In this document: in pieces, positions 42,777 through 52,792 of the stretch
Numbering within the stretch: position 1 is the stretch's first letter
Layout: the number at the start of each line of letters is the position of its first letter
Source: a virus
Taxonomy: Duplodnaviria; Caudoviricetes
Length of the DNA: 60,943 bases
IMG/VR virus record: IMGVR_UViG_3300037483_000373
Span: 1-60,943 of that record
Direction: 5' to 3' (one strand)
Notes under the pieces: generated by a model
Told to the model about the DNA's origin: nothing
Database searches by the model: none
What the model saw: only the letters and a program-made list of their open reading frames with translations
Position numbers and translations under genes: made by a program

Positions 42777-45700
42777 ATGGCTGTAAACATCGGCGCACTA
42801 GAGGGGACGATCAGCCTCAGGGACCTGTTCACCGGAAAGCTCGACAAGGCCGCCGATGGGCTTGAGACCTTTGCGCAGAAGTCGGAAAGGATCGGCCGGA
42901 AACTGTCGTCTACCGGGCAGTCTCTAACGCTTGCACTGACTGCTCCAATCGCCGCGGCCGGCGTTACTCTGGCCAAGCTGGCAGCGGATGCTGTCGAGTC
43001 TGAGTCCCTGTTCGAGGTCTCGTTTGCCGGGATGTCTGGAGCCGCAAGACAGTGGTCAGAGGACACATCCAAGGCACTCAAGCTGAATCAGTTCGAACTG
43101 CGGCGCTCAGTGGGCGTGATCTACACCATGACCGAGGCTATGGGGCTGAATCAGCAGGCGGCATTTGACATGTCTACGGGCGTGGTCGAGCTGGCCGGGG
43201 ATCTCGAATCGTTCTTTAACCTCAGAGCCGGCGAAGGCTTTCAAAAGCTCCAGTCTGGCCTGGTGGGCGAGACCGAGCCGCTCCGCGCGCTCGGCGTGGT
43301 GATCGACGAAGCGACGATCAAGGCCAAGGCGTACGAGGTGGGCATTGCCGCAGCAGGTGCCGAACTGACCGCGGCCCAGAAGGTTCAAGCTCGGTGGGCT
43401 ACGATCCTTGCCCAAACCTCAAAGGCGCAGGGCGACCTGGCCCGCACCCTGGAAAGTCCGGCAAATCGGCTGCGAGCGCTGCGCACAGAGCTTGTGCAGA
43501 CGCTGACGTTGCTCGCAATGAATCTGCTACCGATTTTCGAGAGAGTGCTCTCGGCGCTCGAAGGCATGGCGAAGATGATCGGCAAGCTCGCCGAGTGGTT
43601 CGGCAATCTGCCGCCCCCGGTTCAGCAGGTGACTGCTGCCGTTCTCGCACTGGTGGCAGCGCTGGGGCCTGTGCTTTTTATCGCAGGCCAGATCGCTATC
43701 GCGCTCAGCGCCCTTGGCGTGACTATGGCAGGTGTAGCAACTGCGTCATCTGCAACTATTGCCGTTCTTCTGGGCCCTGTCGGATGGGTGGCGGCTGGGA
43801 CAGCTCTTCTGCTTGCCTGGGAGCCGTCGAGAGAACTGATCCTCGATATCGGCGGCAGGGTGATCTCGACTCTGGTGTCTGCCGTGAAGGGCCTACTGTC
43901 CACCTTGGCAGACTGGTGGGAGTCAACCGAGAGGGTTCGCGCAGTTTTGCTCGAACTTGGCAAGATCGTAGGCGTCAAACTCGTCCGCGAGCTGTCCGCA
44001 GTCGTCCAAGTGGTCAAGGATGCCGCGAAGTGGATAAAGGATTTCTCGGCAGGCGTCGTGATCCTGGTAGAGGATTCAGAAGCGCTCGCAAAGGTAAACG
44101 GCAAGGTCGATAAGGCTTTCAGGGTTTTGGATGACTCTGCGGCCAGGCTGCTCGACACAATAAAGAAGATGGAGTATATCAAGACTGCGACCCATTTTTG
44201 GACGCAGTTCTTCAACAACATCAACGGCAAACTCGATTTCGCCGAGAGGTTCGGCGGAGCCGTGAAGGTCACCGAGGATGCTATAGCCGCTGCCAAGGCT
44301 GAACTCGTCGATTGGCATGCGCGTCTCGATGCCGCTGGGGTGCCGACCAAGAAAGCCGCAGATGACATCAAAGAGCTGGGCGGAGCGTTTGTCGATCTGA
44401 AGGCCCAGGTCAGCGACATGGAAGAGCAAGTGTCGCTGATGACGAGGTACGCCCTGAGCGCCGAGCAGGCGGCCATTGCGGTATCGATTCTCCACGATGC
44501 GGAGAGCGGTGGGGCGACGATCGAAATGATCCTCGATCAGCTTCGCGCCATGGAGTTGTTCGAGCAACAGGTCGAGGCGGTCACTGAGCGCTTCGCGGAG
44601 TTGCGCGCCGAGATCGGGCAGCTAGGGGCGTGGAAGGCGGTTGAAGCGATCGCGCTGCCAGTGCTTACCGTGGAGACCCCGTCTCTGACGATGAGTGATG
44701 CCGGGCAAGAGGAGATCTGGGCAGCCATCCTAGACGGAGTCAAGGAAGTCGACGAGGCCCAGAAGAAGCTCAACAAGACGGCAGAAGAAAATCTCCAACT
44801 CGCGTACCGGCAGGCCGAAATCTGGACCGATGTCGGCGACGTGCTCGCCGACGTGTTCGACGATCTGGAAAATGGATTGGGAGATCTCATCTATGATCTC
44901 GGCAAAGCGGCTGTAGCGTGGGAAAAGTACGCGGCAGCGAAGCAATACGGGACCGATGCAGATATCGCGGCCGCGCGCCAACAGCTAGCCAACTCGGTTG
45001 GCTCGGCAGTCGGCAACTACCTCGGCGGCGCCCTTGCCGGTGGTGGCCAGTCGGGCTTCGGTGGCGAGCAAGCCGGCTCCTACTCGGATGAAGGGGCTGA
45101 ACTCGGCTCCTACTTCGGTGGCATTTGGGGTGCTGTCGGCGCCGTCTTGGGTGGGTTGATCTCCAAAAGCGGGGATGAGGCGCGCGTGGCCATCGAGCAG
45201 TTCGGCTCGACGATCCAGGCTGCTGTCGTATTCGCTGAAGGCGGCCTCGGCGACGCCGCGAACGAGCTTGCTGCCGGATTCTCGGCCTTTATGTCGGATA
45301 TCCAGGCTCAGTTCGGGCTCGCAATTCAAAACACCGGCGGGATCCAGTTCGACTTCACCGACCGGGGCCTTCTCCAGGTATCCGGAGCCGAGATCGGCAC
45401 GGCCGCGTTCGAGACTATGGGAGAGGCCGCAGCCTACGCCGCCGAGCAAATCTTGGGCTTGAATGCGGGCACGAACAATCTCGGCGACAACATGACCGCT
45501 CTACTCCAGTCGTTGGGTGGAGAGGCCACCTTCGACAGCCTTGAGGAGCTAGGCACCGCGCTACAGCTCGCCGCTGAGGCAGACGGCCAGGCGATGAACG
45601 GAGAGTCTTCTGCCATCGCAGCGGTCACCCGGGCCCGAGAAGCTGAGATGGAGATCGCGACCAAGACCGGCATCGCCTACTCGGCCGTGATCGCCGTGGC

Positions 45701-48700
45701 CGATCGGCGCCTTGCTCAGATCCGCGAAGAGGTCGAGGCGACCCGGGATTCCATTTTCGGCGTGAGCAACAACCTGTCGGCGCTCCAGGCAGCATCGGCC
45801 AGCATGCTCAGCTACAACGCCGGGATCGAGGCTGAGACAAATGCCCGCATGGCGGCGATCACCTCCTCCGAAGGCTATGCCGTTGCACTGGCAGCGGCGG
45901 CCGGCGACGCCGAAGCCGCCATCGCGAGTCTGCGCTCGGGCTCCGCAGCAGGGGCTGGACCGGTGGGCGGCGAAAGCGCCGGCGTCACCGACAGCATGAG
46001 CGGACTGACCGACTCTCTCGTCGCACTGAACAACGCCGCCATTGACGCAGCGGAGTCTGCGTATCACGCGAGCCTGGAGCAGAGCGGGCTCGCCGGGTGG
46101 ATGGCCGAGTCGGCGGCCGCGGCCGAAGCCGAGGCTGCCGCTCGGGCAGTGGCTGCACAGGCGGGAGAAGAGTCGGCATCTGGCGTTGCCGCCGTGATCG
46201 ACAACGTCCTCGGCTTCATCGACGCCCTGCGCACCGGCCTGGATGGCCTTGCGTCCGGGACTGACGGGATCACGCAGGCCATGATCGACGCTGGCGGGGC
46301 CGCGGGCACCATGGAGGGGTTCCTCAATCAAGGCGCAGACGCCATGGGATCTTGGATCCAGGCCACCGGTATGGCTGACATCTACAGCGACCAAAAGGAG
46401 GCTATGCACCAGCAGCGGCGGGATATCCGCGAGCAGATCAATGACACAGAGCGGGCCCGAGAGGCGACTGATGCCCTTGTCGACTCCCTGGGCGACATCC
46501 CCCAGGCGTTCTCCATGGACGAGATCGCCGCGATCTGGGAGAAAGGCGCAGCCGACGCCGGGCTAGCACTCCTCAGCATGATTCGCCAGGTGCGCGGCGA
46601 GGAATGGGGCGCGGCTCAAGAACGCCTCCTGATGGCCTCGGTATTCAAGCTCCAGCTTGCGGTGCAATTGCAGTCGGTCTATCAGCTGTTGGCAGCGACA
46701 GAGCTCCTCTCTGAGGCTACGCGCGCGGTATTGACGGGCTTGGCGGCGGAAGCTGAGCGGATCCTCGGCGACAACAGCATCAACATCCGTGTGGGTGGCA
46801 GACCCAGAGGGGGCGGAGGCGACAACGGAGAAGCGCAAAGGCGGCAGGAGTTCCGCGACCAATTCGCGCTGGACGTGGCGGATACCGCCGAGCTTCTGAA
46901 TGGCTGGGGCGCCGCGCTGGTGGACATGCGCCAAGGCTTGCGCGACATCACGGCTGGAGCCCAGGAAGCTCGCGAGATGGGCGTATCGGAAGCCCTGATC
47001 GCACAGTACCGCGCTCAGCAGCTCGACATCCTCCGCAACACGATGGAGGAAGGGCTCAGGAACACGATATCGGGAGGTGGCGACTCGGCCGGAGGGATCT
47101 TCGACCGCTATCAAGAAGCGGCCACAGCGGCCTGGGAGCTGGCCGGAGATCGCGCTGCGGAGTTCGGCACCGAGGTTTGGCAGGAAATGGCGCCGATTGC
47201 CGAGCTGATACGTCAAGCGTTCGGTGTCGAGCTGACAGATTTTGTCAGCGACCAAGTTAACGGCCTGGTCAGTGCGGGAGATCTCGACGGCATAGTTGCC
47301 TTGCAGGGTGAGCTTGAGCGTATGTCCCATGGAGTACGCCGAGTAGGGGACATGATCGTCGGCACGCTAGGGGGCGACGCCCTGACGATGTCGGCAGCGG
47401 AATACGCCGCAGCAATCGAGGCAACGCAGGAAGGTATCCGCCAACTCGGTCGCAGCCTGGTCGACAGCTTCGAGACTCCGCTGCTCGACGCGCAAGCCAG
47501 CGCCGACGACTTTGCCGAGCGGCTGGAGATGCTGCGCGAGATCTTCGCCCTGACCGGCGAGGGCGCCGAGGCTCTTGGAGAGATCGCCGACCATGCGAAT
47601 CAGTCGCTACTCGGCTCGATTGCCGGGCTCTACGATCAGCTTGGGGCGACCGAGGAAGCTGAGGCGATCAAGCAGCAGTTGGCTAGGGCCACCTTCGAAC
47701 TGCAACTGAATCAAATGCGTATCCTGTATGAGAGTCAGCTTGCGCTGGGTATCGTCTCGGAGTCGACACAGGCCGCGATGGAATCGTTCTTCGAGTACGT
47801 GGCGGGTGTGAATCTGGACGACATCTTCGCTCCTGGCGCGGGGAGTGGCCCCTCCTACGGGGGCGGTGGCGGGACTCCATACGACCCGCAGCAGTACACC
47901 GACTCGATTGATGGCCTATTCAACGCCATCACCGACACGATCGACGGATGGCTGCGAGTAGGCCAGGGGCCGCTTCTCAGCCAAGCGCTGCAAATGAACA
48001 GCGACCTTGAGCGGGCGCGCCAGCAGATGACCGACCTGCTGGAGATGGAGAACAGCCCGCGGACACGCGCGTTGCGCGACCAGATGGAGGGCGCGTTTGC
48101 GGAGATGTCGCAAGCGTGGGCCGACGAAGTGCTCGCCAGCTTGACCGACGCGGGAACCGGGCTTCAGTCGGAATTCGACGACCTCATCGAGCACTTTGCC
48201 GACATCTCGGCAGCCTTTGCCGAACTCGGCATCCTGGCAGAGAACGCAGAGGTCCTTGCCGCGGCACAGGCTGCCGCCCTGCAAAACTTCTGGGACAACG
48301 CGACCTCTGGCATTCAGGGGATCATTGATCGGCTCACGGGGGTGGAGAGTGGCCGAGCGCCCGTGGATCTGCTTGCGGAGCAGCAGGCCGTGGTGCAGGA
48401 TCTCTTCGAGCGCGCGATGGGTGGCGACCTGTCGGCGCTGGAGCAGCTCGACGCGCAGTCCGAGGACTTCCTCGACCTCATCGGCGAGGTGTTCGGCTCT
48501 GGGCGGGCCGGTGGGATCCTGCGGGACCAGCTCTTGGCGATGCTCCAACAGGTAGCCGGGATTGATCCCAGCGCAATCCTCGGCGCGGACGGCGCACCGA
48601 TCGGCGGAGGTGACGGTGGTGGCGTATTCGATCCGCCAGGCGATGGCGGGCGGGGTGATATCCTAGGTGGGCTGATTGAGGAGCCGTACGTGTTGCGCGG

Positions 48701-48950
48701 CTCAGACCTCATTGCCCAGCCTTTCAACCTGGCCGGGTACCTCGAAGGTGGTCCGTCATTCGAATTCAGACAGGCCCTCAAGGAGAACCGACGCGAGATG
48801 GAAAAGGCAGAGAGAGACAGGGAACGGGAGCGCATCCGTAGAGACCAGATCCGCATGGAGGTAGACACGTCGCAGCGCGGCGCCTTGATCCGTGCCACGC
48901 GTGGAATCGGCGTGCGACCCATCAACGAATCCATCAGGTACGGCGCGTGA
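42777..48950 (+). CDS. Tape measure protein (2057 aa)
   Basis: Length, Ala-rich helical composition, GETEPL..LG, QGD.ART..S.AN, hydrophobic segment. Confidence 0.93.
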   Translation: MAVNIGALEGTISLRDLFTGKLDKAADGLETFAQKSERIGRKLSSTGQSLTLALTAPIAAAGVTLAKLAADAVESESLFEVSFAGMSGAARQWSEDTSKALKLNQFELRRSVGVIYTMTEAMGLNQQAAFDMSTGVVELAGDLESFFNLRAGEGFQKLQSGLVGETEPLRALGVVIDEATIKAKAYEVGIAAAGAELTAAQKVQARWATILAQTSKAQGDLARTLESPANRLRALRTELVQTLTLLAMNLLPIFERVLSALEGMAKMIGKLAEWFGNLPPPVQQVTAAVLALVAALGPVLFIAGQIAIALSALGVTMAGVATASSATIAVLLGPVGWVAAGTALLLAWEPSRELILDIGGRVISTLVSAVKGLLSTLADWWESTERVRAVLLELGKIVGVKLVRELSAVVQVVKDAAKWIKDFSAGVVILVEDSEALAKVNGKVDKAFRVLDDSAARLLDTIKKMEYIKTATHFWTQFFNNINGKLDFAERFGGAVKVTEDAIAAAKAELVDWHARLDAAGVPTKKAADDIKELGGAFVDLKAQVSDMEEQVSLMTRYALSAEQAAIAVSILHDAESGGATIEMILDQLRAMELFEQQVEAVTERFAELRAEIGQLGAWKAVEAIALPVLTVETPSLTMSDAGQEEIWAAILDGVKEVDEAQKKLNKTAEENLQLAYRQAEIWTDVGDVLADVFDDLENGLGDLIYDLGKAAVAWEKYAAAKQYGTDADIAAARQQLANSVGSAVGNYLGGALAGGGQSGFGGEQAGSYSDEGAELGSYFGGIWGAVGAVLGGLISKSGDEARVAIEQFGSTIQAAVVFAEGGLGDAANELAAGFSAFMSDIQAQFGLAIQNTGGIQFDFTDRGLLQVSGAEIGTAAFETMGEAAAYAAEQILGLNAGTNNLGDNMTALLQSLGGEATFDSLEELGTALQLAAEADGQAMNGESSAIAAVTRAREAEMEIATKTGIAYSAVIAVADRRLAQIREEVEATRDSIFGVSNNLSALQAASASMLSYNAGIEAETNARMAAITSSEGYAVALAAAAGDAEAAIASLRSGSAAGAGPVGGESAGVTDSMSGLTDSLVALNNAAIDAAESAYHASLEQSGLAGWMAESAAAAEAEAAARAVAAQAGEESASGVAAVIDNVLGFIDALRTGLDGLASGTDGITQAMIDAGGAAGTMEGFLNQGADAMGSWIQATGMADIYSDQKEAMHQQRRDIREQINDTERAREATDALVDSLGDIPQAFSMDEIAAIWEKGAADAGLALLSMIRQVRGEEWGAAQERLLMASVFKLQLAVQLQSVYQLLAATELLSEATRAVLTGLAAEAERILGDNSINIRVGGRPRGGGGDNGEAQRRQEFRDQFALDVADTAELLNGWGAALVDMRQGLRDITAGAQEAREMGVSEALIAQYRAQQLDILRNTMEEGLRNTISGGGDSAGGIFDRYQEAATAAWELAGDRAAEFGTEVWQEMAPIAELIRQAFGVELTDFVSDQVNGLVSAGDLDGIVALQGELERMSHGVRRVGDMIVGTLGGDALTMSAAEYAAAIEATQEGIRQLGRSLVDSFETPLLDAQASADDFAERLEMLREIFALTGEGAEALGEIADHANQSLLGSIAGLYDQLGATEEAEAIKQQLARATFELQLNQMRILYESQLALGIVSESTQAAMESFFEYVAGVNLDDIFAPGAGSGPSYGGGGGTPYDPQQYTDSIDGLFNAITDTIDGWLRVGQGPLLSQALQMNSDLERARQQMTDLLEMENSPRTRALRDQMEGAFAEMSQAWADEVLASLTDAGTGLQSEFDDLIEHFADISAAFAELGILAENAEVLAAAQAAALQNFWDNATSGIQGIIDRLTGVESGRAPVDLLAEQQAVVQDLFERAMGGDLSALEQLDAQSEDFLDLIGEVFGSGRAGGILRDQLLAMLQQVAGIDPSAILGADGAPIGGGDGGGVFDPPGDGGRGDILGGLIEEPYVLRGSDLIAQPFNLAGYLEGGPSFEFRQALKENRREMEKAERDRERERIRRDQIRMEVDTSQRGALIRATRGIGVRPINESIRYGA

Positions 48951-51886
48951 TCCTCCTCATGATTTTCCTCCTTGACCTCAGCTACAACCTGCTCTCCGAT
49001 GCCAGCGCCGTGGCCACGGTGTACTACTCGACCGGCACCTATGGCACCCGCGCTGCTGTGGACTCTCCGGCAAGCCAGCAATATACGCCTGCGCTCCGCT
49101 CCCAAGCCCTGGACAAATCGCTGTCGCTGGGGCTTGCGATCGGCGAGGACGGACGAACTACCGGCCCCACCGCACCAAACGACGTGACGGTGTCCATCCT
49201 TCACGAGGTGGCCGGGGACAACCGGGTATCTGCTATCGACCCGGAGACGGTCAACCTGCTGGGCCAGTCTGCCTACTTGCGCGGCGTAGGCGTAGGCGGG
49301 GACGGTACCGTCTACACCCTGGCCTCCCCGTTCACCATCGCCAACGGCAAGGTCATCTCACGCAAGCGGGTCGGCAAATCGCACGACGAGATCACGATGC
49401 GCCCGCACTCCGCCGCGTTTCGGGCTACGGTGCCGAGCGGGCGCTTGGTCGGGTACAACAACGCGCTCCGCTTCGCTACCACCTCAGACCAAGCCGAAAT
49501 CACCGGGTACACCTCGACGCCTGCCACATTCACTCTCGGCTCCCGAGTGATCATGCCTCGGGTGTGGGGCTCGGCCACGTCTTGGACGATCGCCGGCAAC
49601 CAGTCCTGCCGCCTGTACATCAAGCAGACCACCGGCACCGGGCGACAACTCCACCTCGACTACGAGAAGGCAGGACCGACGATCGTAACGATCGACGGGC
49701 CGACCTTCGAGGCCGCAGAAGATATCCCAGCAATCACGGCGCGGGTGGACACCACGTACAGCTCCGGCACTGGAGTCTCCGTCATCTTCGGCATCGATGG
49801 CGCCTTCACCACCGCGACAAGCACCTCGGGCGCGTTTCTCGACTCGTCGACCGCCTGGAAGCTGGGAAGGTGGAAGACCTCGACTGTCGACACAGCCGAC
49901 ACGATCATCGGCGCATGGTACCTGTTCGATTCGGCCCTGACCGACACCGAGACGATCTCTTTCAACTCCCAGCGACTCACGGGCGACGAGGACGGGCTCA
50001 TCTGGTTCTTCCCAGGTGTCAGCGTAGGTGGCCTGCTGCTGGACTATGCTGCCGCGAACGCCTCAGCTCCGTTGGACGCCACGATCACGAGCGCCGTGGC
50101 CGCCCCGCTGTTACTCGGGACCCCCGAGCTTGCCGGCGTGACCATGTCTGCCGTCATCGGCTATGTGCAGAATGCGCCCGCCACCTCGATTGATCCGCCA
50201 AGAAAGATCTACCGCATGGCAGGCGAAGACGTCTGCTATATGCCGACAGTGGTTGACCGCCAGGTTCCGTATGAGATTGAGGCTTCGTATGATTCTCTGC
50301 TAGACTTCGCCGACTTCCCGCCCACGATCTCGGGGAAAGTCACGGTATGCCCGTACGGGGGTGGCCTCTTCCGTGTCCACACAGAGGTTGATGGAGTTGA
50401 AAACAGCGCGGACGTCCTTGGCCACAGCGTGCAGGACTGGGCCATCGCTTACGGCATAGAGCGCGGCGTCGCATATTCAACCAGGTCTGGATTTCATCCA
50501 ACAGCGGGGGGCGATTTCTCCTTTGAGATTTCGTTCCTATACGGCGGAGATAACCTGGGCTTTGTCTTCCAAAGCGGGGACGGCCTCCTTACCGCGAGCG
50601 ATGGCTTCGTTCACATTACGTCATCTGTCGGATCCGTAGCGTCAGACGGATATGGCTGGTTTGATGTTAGGATCGTTACCACTGGTGCCGATCTTCTCAT
50701 CCCAATGGGTATTTTGTGGAAGAATTCCACATACCATGTAAAGGTGGATGCCTGGGAGGATGGAGCCGATGTTAAGGGACGGGTCTTGGTCAACGGCAAG
50801 GTGGTAGCATCTGGCACAAAATCCTCTGTTTCGTTGGCTACGACAGCCAGCAACCCAACATTTTCTGGCACAGTATCGGGCGTCTCATTTGACCGCCTGA
50901 TTGTGGGGCGTGCCATGATGTGGAACTTCGTAGAGGCCACGGATGCTCTCGCCGAAGCTGCGCAGCGAGAGTACATGTACACCAACCCTAGCCCCTCGGA
51001 AACCGGGCTCGTTGCCCTTTGGTACCGGCACTCGGGAGATGTTGCCACGCTGGTAGATGAGACATCAAACGGCTACGACTTTACTGTTTCAGGAGATGCG
51101 ATCTACCTACCTGGCATCGCTGCAACCGATCGACTTTCCGCCGCTACCTATCTCCTACTCAACAAGTCAGGCACCGCGGTTAACTATGACGAGACCGCCT
51201 ACGACTACGAACCCTCCGCCATCTCCTACCACATTGCAGGCGGAGCGACGACACAGGACCCGAATCAACCGAGCGGCATCTCAGTTGCTTCTGCTGCCGC
51301 TGCTGTGCTCTCTGGCGGTGGCCTGTACCTGCTCACGGACCCATCGGGGTCCGCAACCATAGGGCAGGCGCAAGACCCTGCCACAGCAACCCCTGCGGCG
51401 TCTGTGCGGGTGGAGTTCGTCAACGAGCTGGACACCGCGGGCTATGAGTTCCAGCCGAGCGTGGTCGAGGCTTTGTACGCTCCGAACCCGACTGTTCAAT
51501 CCTCCGTCCTGGCGGGTGCGGACACTGACCGCAGGAGCTTTGCCGAGCGGCCCTATCGATCGGTAGAGAAGCCGGTCGGAGATAACCGCGCACGGTACGC
51601 AGACGACGCGGCGCCGCTGGGACGCCGAACGATCTTGGATACGAAGTTCGTGAACCGGTCACCTGCTGCCACCGAAGCGGCAAGGGTCGCCGCACAGTTC
51701 GACTCGCCACGTCCGATGCGCTCCTTTGCCATCATCGGCTCGGATGGCGCGGACCAGGGCTACACGTCCTACCAGCCGGGGAACGTGCTGACGATCCAGA
51801 ACGAGCGCCTGCCGGGTGGGTCGGTCAACGTGCTGATCTTGTCGACATCGAAGAGCCGAACGATGGACCTGTTCACGGCGCGGTAG
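48947..51886 (+). CDS. Tail tip/hub protein with LamG-like insertions
   Basis: Follows tape measure; beta-rich; FDSALT..E, LVALW, DETSNGYD. Confidence 0.7.
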   Translation: MILLMIFLLDLSYNLLSDASAVATVYYSTGTYGTRAAVDSPASQQYTPALRSQALDKSLSLGLAIGEDGRTTGPTAPNDVTVSILHEVAGDNRVSAIDPETVNLLGQSAYLRGVGVGGDGTVYTLASPFTIANGKVISRKRVGKSHDEITMRPHSAAFRATVPSGRLVGYNNALRFATTSDQAEITGYTSTPATFTLGSRVIMPRVWGSATSWTIAGNQSCRLYIKQTTGTGRQLHLDYEKAGPTIVTIDGPTFEAAEDIPAITARVDTTYSSGTGVSVIFGIDGAFTTATSTSGAFLDSSTAWKLGRWKTSTVDTADTIIGAWYLFDSALTDTETISFNSQRLTGDEDGLIWFFPGVSVGGLLLDYAAANASAPLDATITSAVAAPLLLGTPELAGVTMSAVIGYVQNAPATSIDPPRKIYRMAGEDVCYMPTVVDRQVPYEIEASYDSLLDFADFPPTISGKVTVCPYGGGLFRVHTEVDGVENSADVLGHSVQDWAIAYGIERGVAYSTRSGFHPTAGGDFSFEISFLYGGDNLGFVFQSGDGLLTASDGFVHITSSVGSVASDGYGWFDVRIVTTGADLLIPMGILWKNSTYHVKVDAWEDGADVKGRVLVNGKVVASGTKSSVSLATTASNPTFSGTVSGVSFDRLIVGRAMMWNFVEATDALAEAAQREYMYTNPSPSETGLVALWYRHSGDVATLVDETSNGYDFTVSGDAIYLPGIAATDRLSAATYLLLNKSGTAVNYDETAYDYEPSAISYHIAGGATTQDPNQPSGISVASAAAAVLSGGGLYLLTDPSGSATIGQAQDPATATPAASVRVEFVNELDTAGYEFQPSVVEALYAPNPTVQSSVLAGADTDRRSFAERPYRSVEKPVGDNRARYADDAAPLGRRTILDTKFVNRSPAATEAARVAAQFDSPRPMRSFAIIGSDGADQGYTSYQPGNVLTIQNERLPGGSVNVLILSTSKSRTMDLFTAR

Positions 51887-51932
51887 GATGGCTGCCGACC
51901 CACCACGAACAACCGACCAGGAGAACTACCCC

Positions 51933-52418
51933 ATGCGCAAACTCATTCTCACCCTGGCTCTAGGCCTGATGGCCGTCCATGCCTTCGCACAATCCAAGGG
52001 CGTCGACGACAACCCCTACGTCCGCGTACGCGCGCTTGCCTGGACCGCTCCGGCAGGCTCTGGCCACACGGGCGCCTATGCCGTCACCTGGGGCGAGGCC
52101 CTCGACGATCAGACCGGGATATGGAATCCCGCTACGCCGAAGAAGATCACGGTCCCCGCTGGCTTCACCAAGGCTCGGATGCACGTCCTGTGGCAGCGCA
52201 ACCGATTCGATCTCGCCGGCCGCGGACTCCTCTATCCGACGATCAACAATCTCCCCGGAGCCTTCGGAGGAGCCAAGAGCGTCGGAGGCGATGAGATCGA
52301 CATGTGCCAAGGCTACTGGGTACAGGTGCAAGCTGGGGATGCGATCCGCCTTGCGTTCGACCTATGGGACCAGCCGGCGCTTTTCGACACCGTGCACCTC
52401 ACTGTCGAATTCCGCTGA
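51933..52418 (+). CDS. Exported C1q/TNF-like beta protein
   Basis: Signal peptide MRKLILTLALGLMAVHAFA; W....P.KITVPAG, VQAGD.I. Confidence 0.55.
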   Translation: MRKLILTLALGLMAVHAFAQSKGVDDNPYVRVRALAWTAPAGSGHTGAYAVTWGEALDDQTGIWNPATPKKITVPAGFTKARMHVLWQRNRFDLAGRGLLYPTINNLPGAFGGAKSVGGDEIDMCQGYWVQVQAGDAIRLAFDLWDQPALFDTVHLTVEFR

Positions 52419-52426
52419 AATAGAGT

Positions 52427-52792
52427 ATGCCAGGGCGACAAAGATTCAAGATCTCAGCAACCGGCTCAGGGGGTTCTCCGCAGTCCCTGGAGGCCAGGCT
52501 GTCCGCTGCCCTGGGAAGGCTTGCCGTCCACGCTCAGGACTCCCCTCTCCAGCGCACCGGAGACACGGTGCAGGTGGACGCGAGGCTATCCCGCAGCCAG
52601 GACAGGACATCTGCGCGAGCAGAGATGCGAGGCGTGTTCGCATCTTTGGCAAACCTTGACGCCGAGCTGTACGAGCACGAGTGCTTCCACGAGCTGGAGG
52701 ACGAAGAAGACTACGCGCCATGTGGGCATACCTTTTCCGCCACCAAGTTCGTAGACGGAGAAGAGCGGGTGAGGGGCAAGAATGGACAATAG
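52427..52792 (+). CDS. Hypothetical protein
   Basis: H.C.H....PC motif; lies in the tail module. Confidence 0.55.
   Translation: MPGRQRFKISATGSGGSPQSLEARLSAALGRLAVHAQDSPLQRTGDTVQVDARLSRSQDRTSARAEMRGVFASLANLDAELYEHECFHELEDEEDYAPCGHTFSATKFVDGEERVRGKNGQ

Noticed and set aside
42506-49204. Long antisense and alternate-frame ORFs over the tape measure gene (and similar ones elsewhere)
   Set aside because: Expected shadows in high-GC coding DNA; no SD or recognisable motifs
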